From: Gammaproteobacteria bacterium | GTDB taxonomy: Bacteria > Pseudomonadota > Gammaproteobacteria > Ga0077536 | DNA length: 64,000 bases | Assembly (NCBI GenBank): GCA_040220855.1 | Contig: JAVJVZ010000063.1 | Span: 10-64,009 of the forward strand | Direction of reading: 5' to 3' | In this document: positions 9,712-20,023 of the stretch, in pieces | How positions within the stretch are numbered: the stretch's first letter is position 1 | How the letters are laid out: each line of letters opens with the position of its first letter | Notes under the pieces: model-generated | Told to the model about the DNA's origin: nothing | Seen by the model: the letters and a program-made list of their open reading frames with translations, nothing else | Databases searched by the model: none | Program-made: the position numbers and the translations under genes

Positions 9712-10452
9712 ATGCCCAACGACCCGTCTCTCTCCGAACAGGCAACTTTTTACGATGAACGCTGGGCTCGGGATGCCAACGAGGACAGGCTGAACGGTTA
9801 CCAGTTGGCCCGCGCTGCAGCGATATTCGACGCTCTATCCTTCCTAGATCTCAATTTCACCATCCGGAAGATGGAGCCATTTGACATCTGTGATTTCGGA
9901 TGCGGCCGCGGCTGGATTGCAGCGCAGCTCGCGGCCATAGGTCGGGTGACCGGTGTCGATTTGTCGCCACATGGAGTCGCAATTGCTGAGAAGCGCTGGC
10001 CCCACATTCGATTCGAATGCGCAGACATCCTGGAGTACTCGGCACGTGAGCCGTTCGATTTGCTGGTATCGTCAGAAGTGATCGAGCATATCTTGGAAAA
10101 GGATCGATTCGTCGCGGCCGTGGCGCGCAACCTCAAACGCGGCGGCTTCGCCATAATCACAACTCCGAATGCGCGTGCTCGTAGGGCATGGGAATTGGAC
10201 GGCCAACTTTCGCAGCCTATCGAGGAATGGCCATCTCTTTCCGAATTGCGGGACCTGTTCGTTAAGGACTTCGAGATTCTCAGCCACAAGACTTTCGTAC
10301 AGCAGTACACCTACCGCGGCATACACCGCGTTCTAAGTGCGCCCAAGCTCATTAAGTTTCTGCGACAGATCAGGCTTCTGGAGGCTTATGAGGGTTTAGA
10401 GCGCACGATCGGCATAGGACTACATCAAGTCCTCGTTGCGCGGCGGCGCTAG
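9712..10452 (+). CDS. Class I SAM-dependent methyltransferase
   Basis: DFGCGRG, GVDLS, FDLLVSSEVIEH, LKRGG..ITTPN. Alternative start 9667. Confidence 0.92.
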   Translation: MPNDPSLSEQATFYDERWARDANEDRLNGYQLARAAAIFDALSFLDLNFTIRKMEPFDICDFGCGRGWIAAQLAAIGRVTGVDLSPHGVAIAEKRWPHIRFECADILEYSAREPFDLLVSSEVIEHILEKDRFVAAVARNLKRGGFAIITTPNARARRAWELDGQLSQPIEEWPSLSELRDLFVKDFEILSHKTFVQQYTYRGIHRVLSAPKLIKFLRQIRLLEAYEGLERTIGIGLHQVLVARRR

Positions 10453-10461
10453 TGCATCGCA

Positions 10462-11691
10462 GTGAATGAGTTTGGCCTCGACGCCATGGTGCCCGAAGAT
10501 AATCACGGTGCGCTGCCGCCACTCGTGGTTTTCTCGCCAAATCGCTGGGAGGAATCTTGGACCAGTCGCCATCGTATTGCGACTGGACTAGCGGCGCGCG
10601 GCTGGCCGGTAATGTACAACTCCGGACCATTGTCGACTTGGGAACGCCGCTCGGAGTCCTGGACTAAGGCTCCAATTCTTGGCGGCATACGCCGTGAGAA
10701 CGGCCTACTGGTCGATGTGCCGGGGCGTATTGAAGCCTATTGGCCCCGCTCACCTATTTGGACACAGATTGCAGTTCGCCGCCACGCGCGGAGGCTCCGC
10801 CGAACTGTCTGCCGCGAAACGTCGCGACAGCAACCTTTCACGGCATTCCTGTTTCATCCTCGCTACTGGCCCGAGGCCCAGGCCCTAAAGCCTGAGCGCA
10901 TTGTATACTTCGCGTACGATGCCATCTCGCTCGCCCCGGGCTGGACTGAGGAGCAAGCCGGGCTTGAGCGCGCGCTAGTAGCCCGCGCGGATCTTATCGT
11001 TGCCTATTCTCGCAATATGTTTGATTACATGCCGCAGCGTGCTGCTCAAATCGGCCGCGAGATACCGACAGGAGTCGACATCGAGCATTTCGTAGGCGCG
11101 CTGGCTGAACCATGCCCGAAGGATCTCGCACTCATTCCTCGGCCCAGGATCGGGTATACAGGCAATATCAATCAGAAGCTCGACCTCTTAGGGATGTACG
11201 CGGTTGCCCGGGCGGCCCCGGAGTTGAATTTCGTGTTCGTCGGGCCAGCAGGTCCAGGTAACGGAGGAAACTTTCCCGGGCACCCGGTTGAGACGCAGGC
11301 ATGGGAAGACCTGCTAGCGTTGCCCAACGTCCGACACCTTGGGCCAAAGGCATTCACCGACGTTCCCACGTACATGGCAAATATGGATGTTAACGTCATG
11401 TGCTACCGCCTAGAAGGGGGCTGGTGGCAAGCGGGGTATCCTCTCAAAATGCATGAATATTTGGCAGTGGGAAAGCCGGTCGTCGGAACTGCGCTACCAA
11501 CAATCCGTCCCTTTGGTAACGTGATCGATATCGTTGCGGACATAGACCAATGGCTGACAGCACTGCGGCGCGCGCTTGAGCAAGGGGGTATCGGAACGCC
11601 CGAGGAGCGCCGAGCAGTCGCCCAGGAGAACAGCTGGGATTCGCGGCTCGACGTTCTAGACGGCTGGATGAGAGAAGTGATAAGCCCTTAA
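10462..11691 (+). CDS. GT-B glycosyltransferase (GT4/TuaH-like)
   Basis: IPTGVD, PRIGYTGNI, YPLKMHEYLAVGKPVV, ENSWDSR. Confidence 0.92.
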   Translation: MNEFGLDAMVPEDNHGALPPLVVFSPNRWEESWTSRHRIATGLAARGWPVMYNSGPLSTWERRSESWTKAPILGGIRRENGLLVDVPGRIEAYWPRSPIWTQIAVRRHARRLRRTVCRETSRQQPFTAFLFHPRYWPEAQALKPERIVYFAYDAISLAPGWTEEQAGLERALVARADLIVAYSRNMFDYMPQRAAQIGREIPTGVDIEHFVGALAEPCPKDLALIPRPRIGYTGNINQKLDLLGMYAVARAAPELNFVFVGPAGPGNGGNFPGHPVETQAWEDLLALPNVRHLGPKAFTDVPTYMANMDVNVMCYRLEGGWWQAGYPLKMHEYLAVGKPVVGTALPTIRPFGNVIDIVADIDQWLTALRRALEQGGIGTPEERRAVAQENSWDSRLDVLDGWMREVISP

Positions 11692-11717
11692 TCCCGCCGC
11701 CGCTGACAACTGGGCAC

Positions 11718-12879
11718 TAGATAGCTGATCCGAATCCCACTACACCTTGAGTGTAGCGAGGGCCTGGTGGTTGCCTGGGAACGGCTGCACAACTTCGAAG
11801 AATCGGATGATGCGCTGCGCGAGGTCGTAGAACCGCGTGCACCGATGATTCCGAGTCACGGTATCGTGCATGGCCTTCCACAGGCGCTCTATCTGGTTCA
11901 CCCACGGCGAGTAAGTAGGCTGGAACACCACCCGGAACTTCGGGTTCTTGCTCAGCCATCGCTCGGTGAGTTCGCTCTTGTGGATGATGTAGTTGTCGAG
12001 GATGAAGTTGATACGGTTGGCCGCGCGATAGGTTTTGCGAATGGCCTCGAGCAGCTTGATGAACAGCGTGCTGTCCTTGGTCGGATGCTCGGCCCAGACC
12101 AACTTGCCGGTATGAGCATGGAGGGCACCAGCCACGTAGTGCTTCTCGTTCTGGCCAGGCGTCAGCACACCGACCTGCTGACCATGACGGGTCCACACCG
12201 CACCGGTCTTCGGATTGAGGTCGATGTCGGCCTCGTCGGCATAGAAAGTCTCGGCTCCCCGCCGTCGCTGCAATGCCCGCCGGACCGCCCGCATCTTGCT
12301 GTTTTTGTTTGGGTCTCGCCGAACCAGAATAGGACGCGTTCGGCGCCAGACATAGCCCAGCTGCGGCAAAATGCGGCGCACCGTCGAAGCATGGATGGAG
12401 ACGCCAAGCTGCCGTTCGAGCTCCAAGGCGAGAAGCTCGGAGGTCCAGCTCGCGCGCAAGTACCCATAGTCTTCCGGCGTCTTTTCAAGCAGTTGGATCA
12501 ATTGCTCGAGCACTTCGTCGGTTACCGTCCAGCGACTGCGTCCCACCGGCGCCGGCTCCAGCCCAGCTTCCCCGTATTCCTCATACAACCCGCGCCAGCT
12601 CTGCACCGTCGAGCGCGCCGCGCAAACCGACCGCGCCACCTCGCTCACCGTTTTCCCCTCAGCAAGGTGCAACAGCGCCAAAGCGCGTCGCACATGGTTC
12701 TTATCCTTCGATTTCTGCACCGTACGCTGCAACCGACGACGCGTCGAACGCCGCATCGCCTGTATACTCGAGTCCATCGGGTGACCTCTTCTCGATCTTG
12801 GGTTGGGTAGCAGCTCCCATGATCGCAGAATGTCACCCGTGTTTGCTTCAAGTGATCGGGATTTCGGAACAGCTATCTA
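11718..12879 (-). mobile_element. Complete IS630-family insertion sequence
   Basis: Ends CTAGATAGCTGATCCGAA (11717) and TTCGGAACAGCTATCTAG (to 12880): inverted repeats in a CTAG context with duplicated TA. Length about 1.16 kb. Confidence 0.95.
11740..12777 (-). CDS. IS630-family transposase
   Basis: N-terminal HTH; DDE motifs YADEAD, ILDNY, NQIERLW. Confidence 0.96.
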   Translation of the reverse strand: MDSSIQAMRRSTRRRLQRTVQKSKDKNHVRRALALLHLAEGKTVSEVARSVCAARSTVQSWRGLYEEYGEAGLEPAPVGRSRWTVTDEVLEQLIQLLEKTPEDYGYLRASWTSELLALELERQLGVSIHASTVRRILPQLGYVWRRTRPILVRRDPNKNSKMRAVRRALQRRRGAETFYADEADIDLNPKTGAVWTRHGQQVGVLTPGQNEKHYVAGALHAHTGKLVWAEHPTKDSTLFIKLLEAIRKTYRAANRINFILDNYIIHKSELTERWLSKNPKFRVVFQPTYSPWVNQIERLWKAMHDTVTRNHRCTRFYDLAQRIIRFFEVVQPFPGNHQALATLKV

Positions 12880-13260
12880 GATTAGCCGCGACGCGACTGC
12901 CTTCGTCGAGAACCAAACAAAGCTCCGTCGCCGATCCAACTTCTGCTACGCGACAAAACGGCTACCTCGCTGGAGATTCACCGCCAAATTTGAGTCCTGA
13001 AAGGACAGTAAATGAATGCACGTCATATCACACGTCCCGCTATGACAATGGCATCCTTCGGGATCTTGAGCAAACGGGCTATTAGCCTAGGCGAGAGCTT
13101 TGCGTGATAGAGGCGCAAGTCTCGAGAGGAAAAGGAGGTGCAGAACAGCCGCCACATTAGAACGAGCATTCTACCGCATACTGTAGCGTGGGAAATATGT
13201 GAGGATCCGTGTGACTTTCAGAGGGTTGGCAAGTCTATCTGTCCGCTGCAATTGCCACCT

Positions 13261-13845
13261 TTAATTGTGTTGTCGGGCCGCCCCGGTCTCCAGGTCGACC
13301 TTCAAGCCGATAACCGCCGACTGAATGACCCGGTAGCAAGTCTTGAAATACTCGTCACTCAAAGACATCGGATCATGAATGTGCGGGCGTGCAGGCTCGG
13401 CCCATAACCCGAGCAGTGCGACCTGTGCGCCGGTGCCGTTCAGTTTCTTTTGCAGAAAGCGAGCTTGGCGGACTTCCATCACCAGGAAAAGATCGGATCC
13501 TCTAACCGCAAAATCGGAAAGATCGGTGGCGCTATGGCTGGTCAAATTGTGCCCAAACGCACCGGCGATCTCGATCGCCTTCGGGAAGGCCGGAATCCCA
13601 GTGGATGTCGAAAGTCCAAGCGAAGCACTGTTCAAGCCGGCCTCACGGGCTAGGAATTCGCCATAGGGGCTGCGGCAAACATTACCCAGACAAACGAAAA
13701 CGAAGCGTTCCACACGCAGCAGATCGACATGTTCAAATCGTTTCAGCCGCCCAACCATCCGCTCAATATTTGCCAACTGGAGCCGAATCCATCCGCGGTA
13801 TGTACCGTAGCGCGCGTTCATCAATCGATCGTACAAGCCAGACAT
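13261..13845 (-). CDS. Low-molecular-weight protein-tyrosine-phosphatase family protein
   Basis: P-loop FVCLGNVCRSP; HIHDP acid motif. Confidence 0.92.
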   Translation of the reverse strand: MSGLYDRLMNARYGTYRGWIRLQLANIERMVGRLKRFEHVDLLRVERFVFVCLGNVCRSPYGEFLAREAGLNSASLGLSTSTGIPAFPKAIEIAGAFGHNLTSHSATDLSDFAVRGSDLFLVMEVRQARFLQKKLNGTGAQVALLGLWAEPARPHIHDPMSLSDEYFKTCYRVIQSAVIGLKVDLETGAARQHN

Positions 13846-13850
13846 TTTGC

Positions 13851-14553
13851 GATCGTGTCCCCAGCAGCAATGTAAGAAGCGGCCACAGTGATGGTTCCGG
13901 TGCCGTTCGAGTCACCACAATTCGACGAACTAGAGGGGACCACCACGATGACCAAGGTCAGCATGCCGCTTAAAGAGCTATTTGAGAAGGGCGCGAAGGC
14001 GGATTTCGTGCGCGAAATGATCCAGTTCATGGCCCAGTGGATGGAAGTAGACGTCGAGGGCCTGTGTGGGGTGGTCCATGCCAAGCGCAGCGAAGAGCGC
14101 AACAGCTACCACTATAGCTCACTCGAGCGACGCTGGGACACGCGGGCCAAGAGCACCCCGATGAAGGTCGCGAAGCTCCGCGGCTTGATGGACGAGGCTG
14201 AGCCTGACTTGCTCTCCTATCTCGACTTCCCGCGCGAGCATCGTACGATGCTGCAGAGCACGGACACGCTAGAGCGGCTGAGCAGCAAGGTCGAACGGCG
14301 CTCGGACGTGATTGGCACTTTCCGCAACAAGGTAGCCATCATCCCTCTGGTCGGGGCGCTGCTGCTCGAGCAGAGCGACGACTGGGCGATTCATCGACGG
14401 TACATCTGGCTGGAAACGCTTGCCACCGTTGCGGAGAACGGCTCGGTCAGGCTCGCGGCTACCGCTAGCTAACGCTAACAGACACCACGTATCCCCACGG
14501 CATCAACATCATAGACAGACGCCGTTTTTTGCTCCATGTCTCCGGACACAACC
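13851..14553 (+). mobile_element. Internally deleted IS256-family element (remnant ORF about 13948-14472)
   Basis: The N-terminal ERRWDTRA...KLR is joined directly to the C-terminal LMDEAEPDLLSYLDFPREH...STDTLERL...LLEQSDDW. Ends GATCGTGTCC and GGACACAACC are imperfect inverted repeats. Confidence 0.85.
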
Positions 14554-14877
14554 CTTGCTTAGTCTTCGACTTGTGCAAGCTCCAACCCACGCAGTCATTG
14601 TCAAAGGACGGAATCGTCGCGCGCATAGAGCCGCTAATGAGCGAGTACAACAGCAAGGGTGCTTGGCGCGCCAATGGCAGGTAGCCCACGTCCCCGCAGA
14701 TGACCGGCTTAGGCTAGATTGATCGCTGCCGCATGCAGTCGATCTCGTACTAATCCTAGTCACGGGATAGACTCATGCGTGGTGTTCGGCCATGTCCTCT
14801 TGCAATGGCCGCATCTGTTGCGGTCGCAACACGCTCTGAGACCACCAAGAACCGTGTGTTCCAATCCCCTCGATGGC

Positions 14878-15843
14878 ATGAAAGTCAAAGTTTTTTTTAC
14901 GGTAGATGTCGAAATTTGGTGTCACGGCTGGCACGACCTTGATCGCGCTTTTCCACAGGCATTTGAGAGATATATCTACGGTCCGACCCGCAATGGCCAT
15001 TTCGGCCTGACCCGGACTCTCGAAAGGCTCAATGCATACGGGCTGCAGGGTGTTTTCTTCACCGAGCCACTGTTCAGCGCGCGCTTTGGTGTTGCAGCCC
15101 TGCAGGAAATTGTCGGGTTGATTCAATCAGCAAACCAGGAAGTCCAACTGCACCTGCATACTGAATGGGCCGACGAGGCGATACCCCCTCTCATCGCAAG
15201 CGTTACGGAAAAGCGTCAACATCTGTGGATGTTCTCGCTGGCCGAGCAAAAGCAGCTTATAGAAACCGGCATCTCACTGATGCAATGTGCTGGCGCTGGA
15301 TCTCTCAAAGCATTCCGTGCCGGCAGCTTCGCAATGAACCATGATACTTGGCTAGCGTTGGAGCAACTCGGCATCCCGTTCGACGCCAGCTTCAATGCCA
15401 CGATGACACCACTCTCAGGCCCCTTGCGCGATTATCACGACATGACCCACCCGCGTCAGATAGGTGCTATCACTGAATACCCGATTTCGGCTTTCCGAGA
15501 CGGACTAAACCAAGTCCGCCACGCGCAGCTCGGTGCATGTTCATATCGGGAGCTGGAATGGCTGTTATGGACGGCTGTGGCGGAACACTGGGATTCGGTT
15601 GTCATCCTGTCTCACAACTTCGAACTGATGAACCAGGCCAAGACCCGTGCTGATTCGATCGTTGACCAACGTTTTGAGAAGCTGTGTCGGTTCCTGGCCC
15701 TCAATAGTGACCACTTCCAAACTTGCGGATTCCAGAACCTCGAGGGGAACCCCAACCTAGAACAACGGCTTCTGCCACGTACACATTGGTCCCTGACTGC
15801 TGAGAGAGCTTCACAGCAACTTCTCCGCCGTATCTTCGGCTAG
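14878..15843 (+). CDS. Polysaccharide deacetylase-like protein
   Basis: FFTVDVE, GVFFTEP, EVQLHLHTEW, AFRAGSF, ILSHNFE. Start inferred at MKVKV. Confidence 0.85.
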   Translation: MKVKVFFTVDVEIWCHGWHDLDRAFPQAFERYIYGPTRNGHFGLTRTLERLNAYGLQGVFFTEPLFSARFGVAALQEIVGLIQSANQEVQLHLHTEWADEAIPPLIASVTEKRQHLWMFSLAEQKQLIETGISLMQCAGAGSLKAFRAGSFAMNHDTWLALEQLGIPFDASFNATMTPLSGPLRDYHDMTHPRQIGAITEYPISAFRDGLNQVRHAQLGACSYRELEWLLWTAVAEHWDSVVILSHNFELMNQAKTRADSIVDQRFEKLCRFLALNSDHFQTCGFQNLEGNPNLEQRLLPRTHWSLTAERASQQLLRRIFG

Positions 15844-15862
15844 CCAATCGTAAAGCGATCGA

Positions 15863-17071
15863 TCAAATAATAAGCCTGTGCAGACGGCGGCGGATCATTC
15901 CTACAACATCTATCAGGAATGGCCGTGGGTCGGTCAGCGAGAACACGTAGTAGCGCGTCCTCGGATCCAGAAAAAGCAGGACGAAGCGTGCCAACTCGCG
16001 AAACCGGCTAAACTTGAAATCGCGGTTCTGAATACGAGACGGCGAAAACAACAGAATCAGGAGGCGCTTGATTTCCGGTGCCGCGTAGCGGCATTGTATG
16101 CCAACCCGGTACGGTGTCGGGTGCTCTGGAACCGCGCCCGTCCCTACCTGATAGGCAAGCCAAGCAAACTCAGCGTTGGCATGATAAGCCAATGGCATGC
16201 TTCCCCAGAACCGTCCGTTGACCTCCATCAGACAGGCTTGCCCTGAAGCGGCATCGTATCGATACTCGACCATTGCAGGGCCAGACCATTCGAGACGCCT
16301 AAGCAACTCGATCGACTTCGCCATTAAGCCGGCGTGAAGATCCGGAGCCAGAGATCGGCAAACCGCCGACACGCCACCCTCGGGGGGCATTTCCAGCAAG
16401 CGCGCGTGCTGGAATCGTTGCACGGGCTGCCCTTGATACATAAACACCATCTGCCCTAGACCAGTGCCGCCGCAAAATTCCTGGATCAACGGCATCTGGC
16501 CAACCGATTCAAACCGAGCCAGGTATTCGACAAGCTCTTTGAACGAGTATACATAACGATACTTGTCCAGCGGCAGACCGGCCGCCTGCAGCTTTGCTGC
16601 GACGTCGTGTGGATTAGACCATTTCAAGACCAACGGGAAAGGTAACTCAGCGCGCAGCAGAGCAAGTTGCTCCAGCGAAGCAACAGACCACGAACGGGGG
16701 ACGCGTATACCAATCTTCCGTGCCTCGGCGAAAGTGACAGATTTGTCGAGGACCTTGTGGAAGCTAATCGTATCAGGAATGATCGGCTTCACTGCCCTGA
16801 GGTCTCCGGCGCGACGCTGCAACATCAAGATGTCGGACTCGCCGATGGTCATCACCCAACGACAACCCAACTGTCGCCCCATGTCATCAAGTTGTCGCAC
16901 CAAGGCTTCTTCGTCGCAGGCACGAATATGTCGTGTAGCTGCAAAACGCGAATTCAACCCAACACTATCTTTCGACCTCCCAATTGCATGTACGCGCACG
17001 CCGTGTCTGGCTAGTTCGCGAATGACGCTCAACCCTATCGGCGTGTCAGCACCAAGGAGTATCACTTGCAC
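15863..17071 (-). CDS. ATP-grasp carboxylate-amine ligase
   Basis: LDKS, FPLVLK, PLIQEF, AMVEYRYD, LMEVNGRFWGS. Confidence 0.92.
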   Translation of the reverse strand: MQVILLGADTPIGLSVIRELARHGVRVHAIGRSKDSVGLNSRFAATRHIRACDEEALVRQLDDMGRQLGCRWVMTIGESDILMLQRRAGDLRAVKPIIPDTISFHKVLDKSVTFAEARKIGIRVPRSWSVASLEQLALLRAELPFPLVLKWSNPHDVAAKLQAAGLPLDKYRYVYSFKELVEYLARFESVGQMPLIQEFCGGTGLGQMVFMYQGQPVQRFQHARLLEMPPEGGVSAVCRSLAPDLHAGLMAKSIELLRRLEWSGPAMVEYRYDAASGQACLMEVNGRFWGSMPLAYHANAEFAWLAYQVGTGAVPEHPTPYRVGIQCRYAAPEIKRLLILLFSPSRIQNRDFKFSRFRELARFVLLFLDPRTRYYVFSLTDPRPFLIDVVGMIRRRLHRLII

Positions 17072-17391
17072 TGCGTCAATTCTCTATCTTCTTCGCGACC
17101 GAACTGTCTTCGTACGAAACCTCGCTGAATCAAACGCAAGGCGACAAACGAATATCTATAAATAAGCCAACGCATAGGAACCTCCGCAGCGATAAAGCGG
17201 ACTGGAAACGATACATCGGATCGAAACACCAGTTGCTCAATCCGCGCCTGGATTTCAGTTGGCAATAATGTGGGGCACGGCTAGGCGTGACGATACGCGG
17301 CACCAAGGGGAAACATCACCTCGTGGCCGCATTGCATGCTGCGACCGACCAAGCCGCCTAATGCTCAAGTTAAAAGTATCGACACGGGAAT

Positions 17392-18387
17392 CTAGTGCCC
17401 CTCGGTTCTGCGGCTCTTTCCGAGATGATCAAGTCGCCGGAGCGGATAGCGCAGCAGCTCGCACATCACGAATGGATCGAGCATCATCTGACGCGCAAGT
17501 TGCCGCAATGGGAGACGAAAGCGAACGAGCATATGCCAGAAAATAGCCGCGAAGTCGCGCCGTTGCGTGCACAACTGTCTGCGCAGCATAGTTTTGGCCT
17601 TTTCGTGGTGAGTCAGTTGATCGCGCGCCTTTAGGGTTGCACTTGTTTGATCGTACACTATCGCAAGGCTCGAGACCCCGCCCCAAGGCACTGATTCATA
17701 TACGTTAATCCCGCGTCCTGAATACACCTCAATTATTTTAGAGATCATTACTTTCGGTCGACTCATCATCATCATATAAACGAATAATCGGTCCTCCGAT
17801 GCGTTTCGCAAGCGAGCGTCAAAGCGTAAAGAAGAAAACCGGCTCATACGGTAAGCCAAGCCTGAGAGCTTGCACATTGGCGCGTTCATCTCGCTGATTA
17901 GCGGATCACCGACGATCTCTCCAGCGTCGCCGAGTATCGCGCTCGGGGTGAGAGTGAGAGACCGACGAGACGGCATTCTCATTACATCTTTGGTTGCATT
18001 TAGCGGGATCCAGTTGCAAGCGTAGACGTCATAGCCACTTTGCAAAGAAGTGACCGCCCGCGCAAGGTGATCCGGGCCCCATTCATCATCGGAATCCAAA
18101 AAAGCGATGAAGCCATCCTTGTCGGCAACATCGAGCCCTCGGTTGCGAGCGCCAGCAGGACCCTGATTATCTTGATGAATAATGCGGTATTTGAGATGAA
18201 CGGGGAATTGCACATCATTCAACTCGCTTTCCGCCCTAACCGGAGAAGCATCGTCCACCACAATCAGCTCAATTCGCTCAACGTCTGGGTGATCGAAAAT
18301 CTGACGTTGGGCACATACAGAACGGATTGCCCGCGCAAGGATACCTCGCTTATGCTGGAAAAATGGCACGATTATGTAGACCTGCAT
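17392..18387 (-). CDS. GT2 glycosyltransferase
   Basis: IVVDDAS, NQGPAGARNRG, FLDSDD, SED. Confidence 0.93.
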   Translation of the reverse strand: MQVYIIVPFFQHKRGILARAIRSVCAQRQIFDHPDVERIELIVVDDASPVRAESELNDVQFPVHLKYRIIHQDNQGPAGARNRGLDVADKDGFIAFLDSDDEWGPDHLARAVTSLQSGYDVYACNWIPLNATKDVMRMPSRRSLTLTPSAILGDAGEIVGDPLISEMNAPMCKLSGLAYRMSRFSSLRFDARLRNASEDRLFVYMMMMSRPKVMISKIIEVYSGRGINVYESVPWGGVSSLAIVYDQTSATLKARDQLTHHEKAKTMLRRQLCTQRRDFAAIFWHMLVRFRLPLRQLARQMMLDPFVMCELLRYPLRRLDHLGKSRRTEGH

Positions 18388-19185
18388 GGGCCTTGGTCTT
18401 CTCTTGCTTCCATAAACAACGGCTCTATCATCAGACTGCTTGGTTCGCGCCCCAAGAGCAGAGACTAAACATTGCGACTGATCACGACACCAATATTGTT
18501 GGCTTCGGCGTGTAAACCGGCGATGGGCGCCAATGGTATCCCCTTACGGACAGACGTCGCTGCTACACCACCTACCGGACCACGACCGGGCCTTTTGATT
18601 GTTCAGGCTCTACATGCGGTACAACGCCAGTACGACCGGTAGCAGCTGCGGAATTGGGAACCGAAACTGCGAACGCGCCGACCCACAGGAGTGTTAGCCG
18701 CAGCGCGCAATCAAGTTTACGGCGCAGCCTCCGATATCTCGCATAATCTCTAACATCCTCCCGAAAAAGGGTGAGGGTGCCGATTACACTTTCTCCAAGA
18801 GTAACTTGTCACCCACCGGACGCAACTCAACGAACTGGAGCTCAAACACAATCTCAGTCTGCTGCACCTCGATATAACTGGCTAACAACGGGTGACCTAG
18901 CGCGGCCGCTGTAACGGCGGTCAGATATCCGTCGCCCGGGCCGGAGTGGAACGGCCGTACGATAAGGCCGGTAGGCAATAGGAGCCGCACATGTCGGGAG
19001 TGACCGATCGCAGTATATCGGTCCGGCTCATTCGCGGAGAACCGCCGGTAGCCGATTATCTGAAGCGCCCCTTTCGCCTCATCAACCGATCCCGCGTAAA
19101 GCGTGAACAGGCTGGCACATTCATGCATCTTCCTCACGTGCGCTGGTAGCTGCATCGAATTTTTCCACCGTCGGATGAAACTGGA

Positions 19186-20022
19186 ATGCTTTATCGTTTG
19201 AGCAAGTTGCCGAAATATCTCAAGGCCTTCGGGATAGTGCCAGGTCTGCGCCTATGGCGCCAAGTGGAACTGCGCTGCCAAGCCAATGCGGGTTTGGGGC
19301 TGCGCCGGCTCGATGTGCCGGGTTACGAAGCACCCATTCATCTGAGGGCCACAACCGCTGACCACGCCACATTCTGGCAGTGCATGGTAATGGAACAGTA
19401 CGACTTCTTTGCTTTTCCTCAAGCACAGCACCTTATGCGTGCCTATCGCAAAATGCTGGACGAGGGCGAGAAGCCGCTAGTAATCGATCTCGGCGGTAAT
19501 ATCGGGCTCGCGACAGTCTGGCTTGCGCACAAGTTGCCAGAAGCGCAGTTCGTCGTTGTCGAACCGGATGCCGACAATCTCGAGCTCCTCCGCCGCAACA
19601 CGGCGCATCTGCGCAGCCGCGTCAGGCTGCTCCACGGTGGGATCTGGCACCGGCCGGCGATGCTGAGGATCGTCAATCCCGAATCCGGATCCGCAGCCTT
19701 GCGGGTGGAGGAACACCCCGTCGGCGAAGGTCGGGGTATCCGCGCCTACACAGTGTCCGAGGCCTGTGCGATCGCCGGAGCGAGCAGCCCGTTCATCGTC
19801 AAGATAGACATTGAGGGCGCGCAAGCGCATCTATTCAGCGAGAATACTGAGTGGGTCGGCGGTACCCACCTCGTCACGCTCGAACTGGATGATTGGCAAT
19901 TCCCCTGGGGAGGCACCAGTGAAACGTTCTTCAAAACCGTAAGCCGATTTCCATTTGATTACCTCATGCGAGACGAGAGCATCTTCTGCTTTCGCAATTT
20001 CGGTTACAAGAGCACCACCTGA
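19186..20022 (+). CDS. FkbM-family methyltransferase
   Basis: VIDLGGNIG, VEPDADN, IVKIDIEGA. Confidence 0.92.
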   Translation: MLYRLSKLPKYLKAFGIVPGLRLWRQVELRCQANAGLGLRRLDVPGYEAPIHLRATTADHATFWQCMVMEQYDFFAFPQAQHLMRAYRKMLDEGEKPLVIDLGGNIGLATVWLAHKLPEAQFVVVEPDADNLELLRRNTAHLRSRVRLLHGGIWHRPAMLRIVNPESGSAALRVEEHPVGEGRGIRAYTVSEACAIAGASSPFIVKIDIEGAQAHLFSENTEWVGGTHLVTLELDDWQFPWGGTSETFFKTVSRFPFDYLMRDESIFCFRNFGYKSTT

Positions 20023-20023
20023 A

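Noticed and set aside
11767-12810. 347-aa plus-strand ORF
   Set aside because: Antisense shadow of the IS630 transposase.
19113-19126. Sigma54 promoter before the FkbM gene (TGGCACATTCATGC)
   Set aside because: GG-N9-GC spacing.
18784-19155. 123-aa ORF in the GT2/FkbM intergenic region
   Set aside because: No recognisable motif or RBS. No exact ops (GGCGGTAG) element was seen in this region either.
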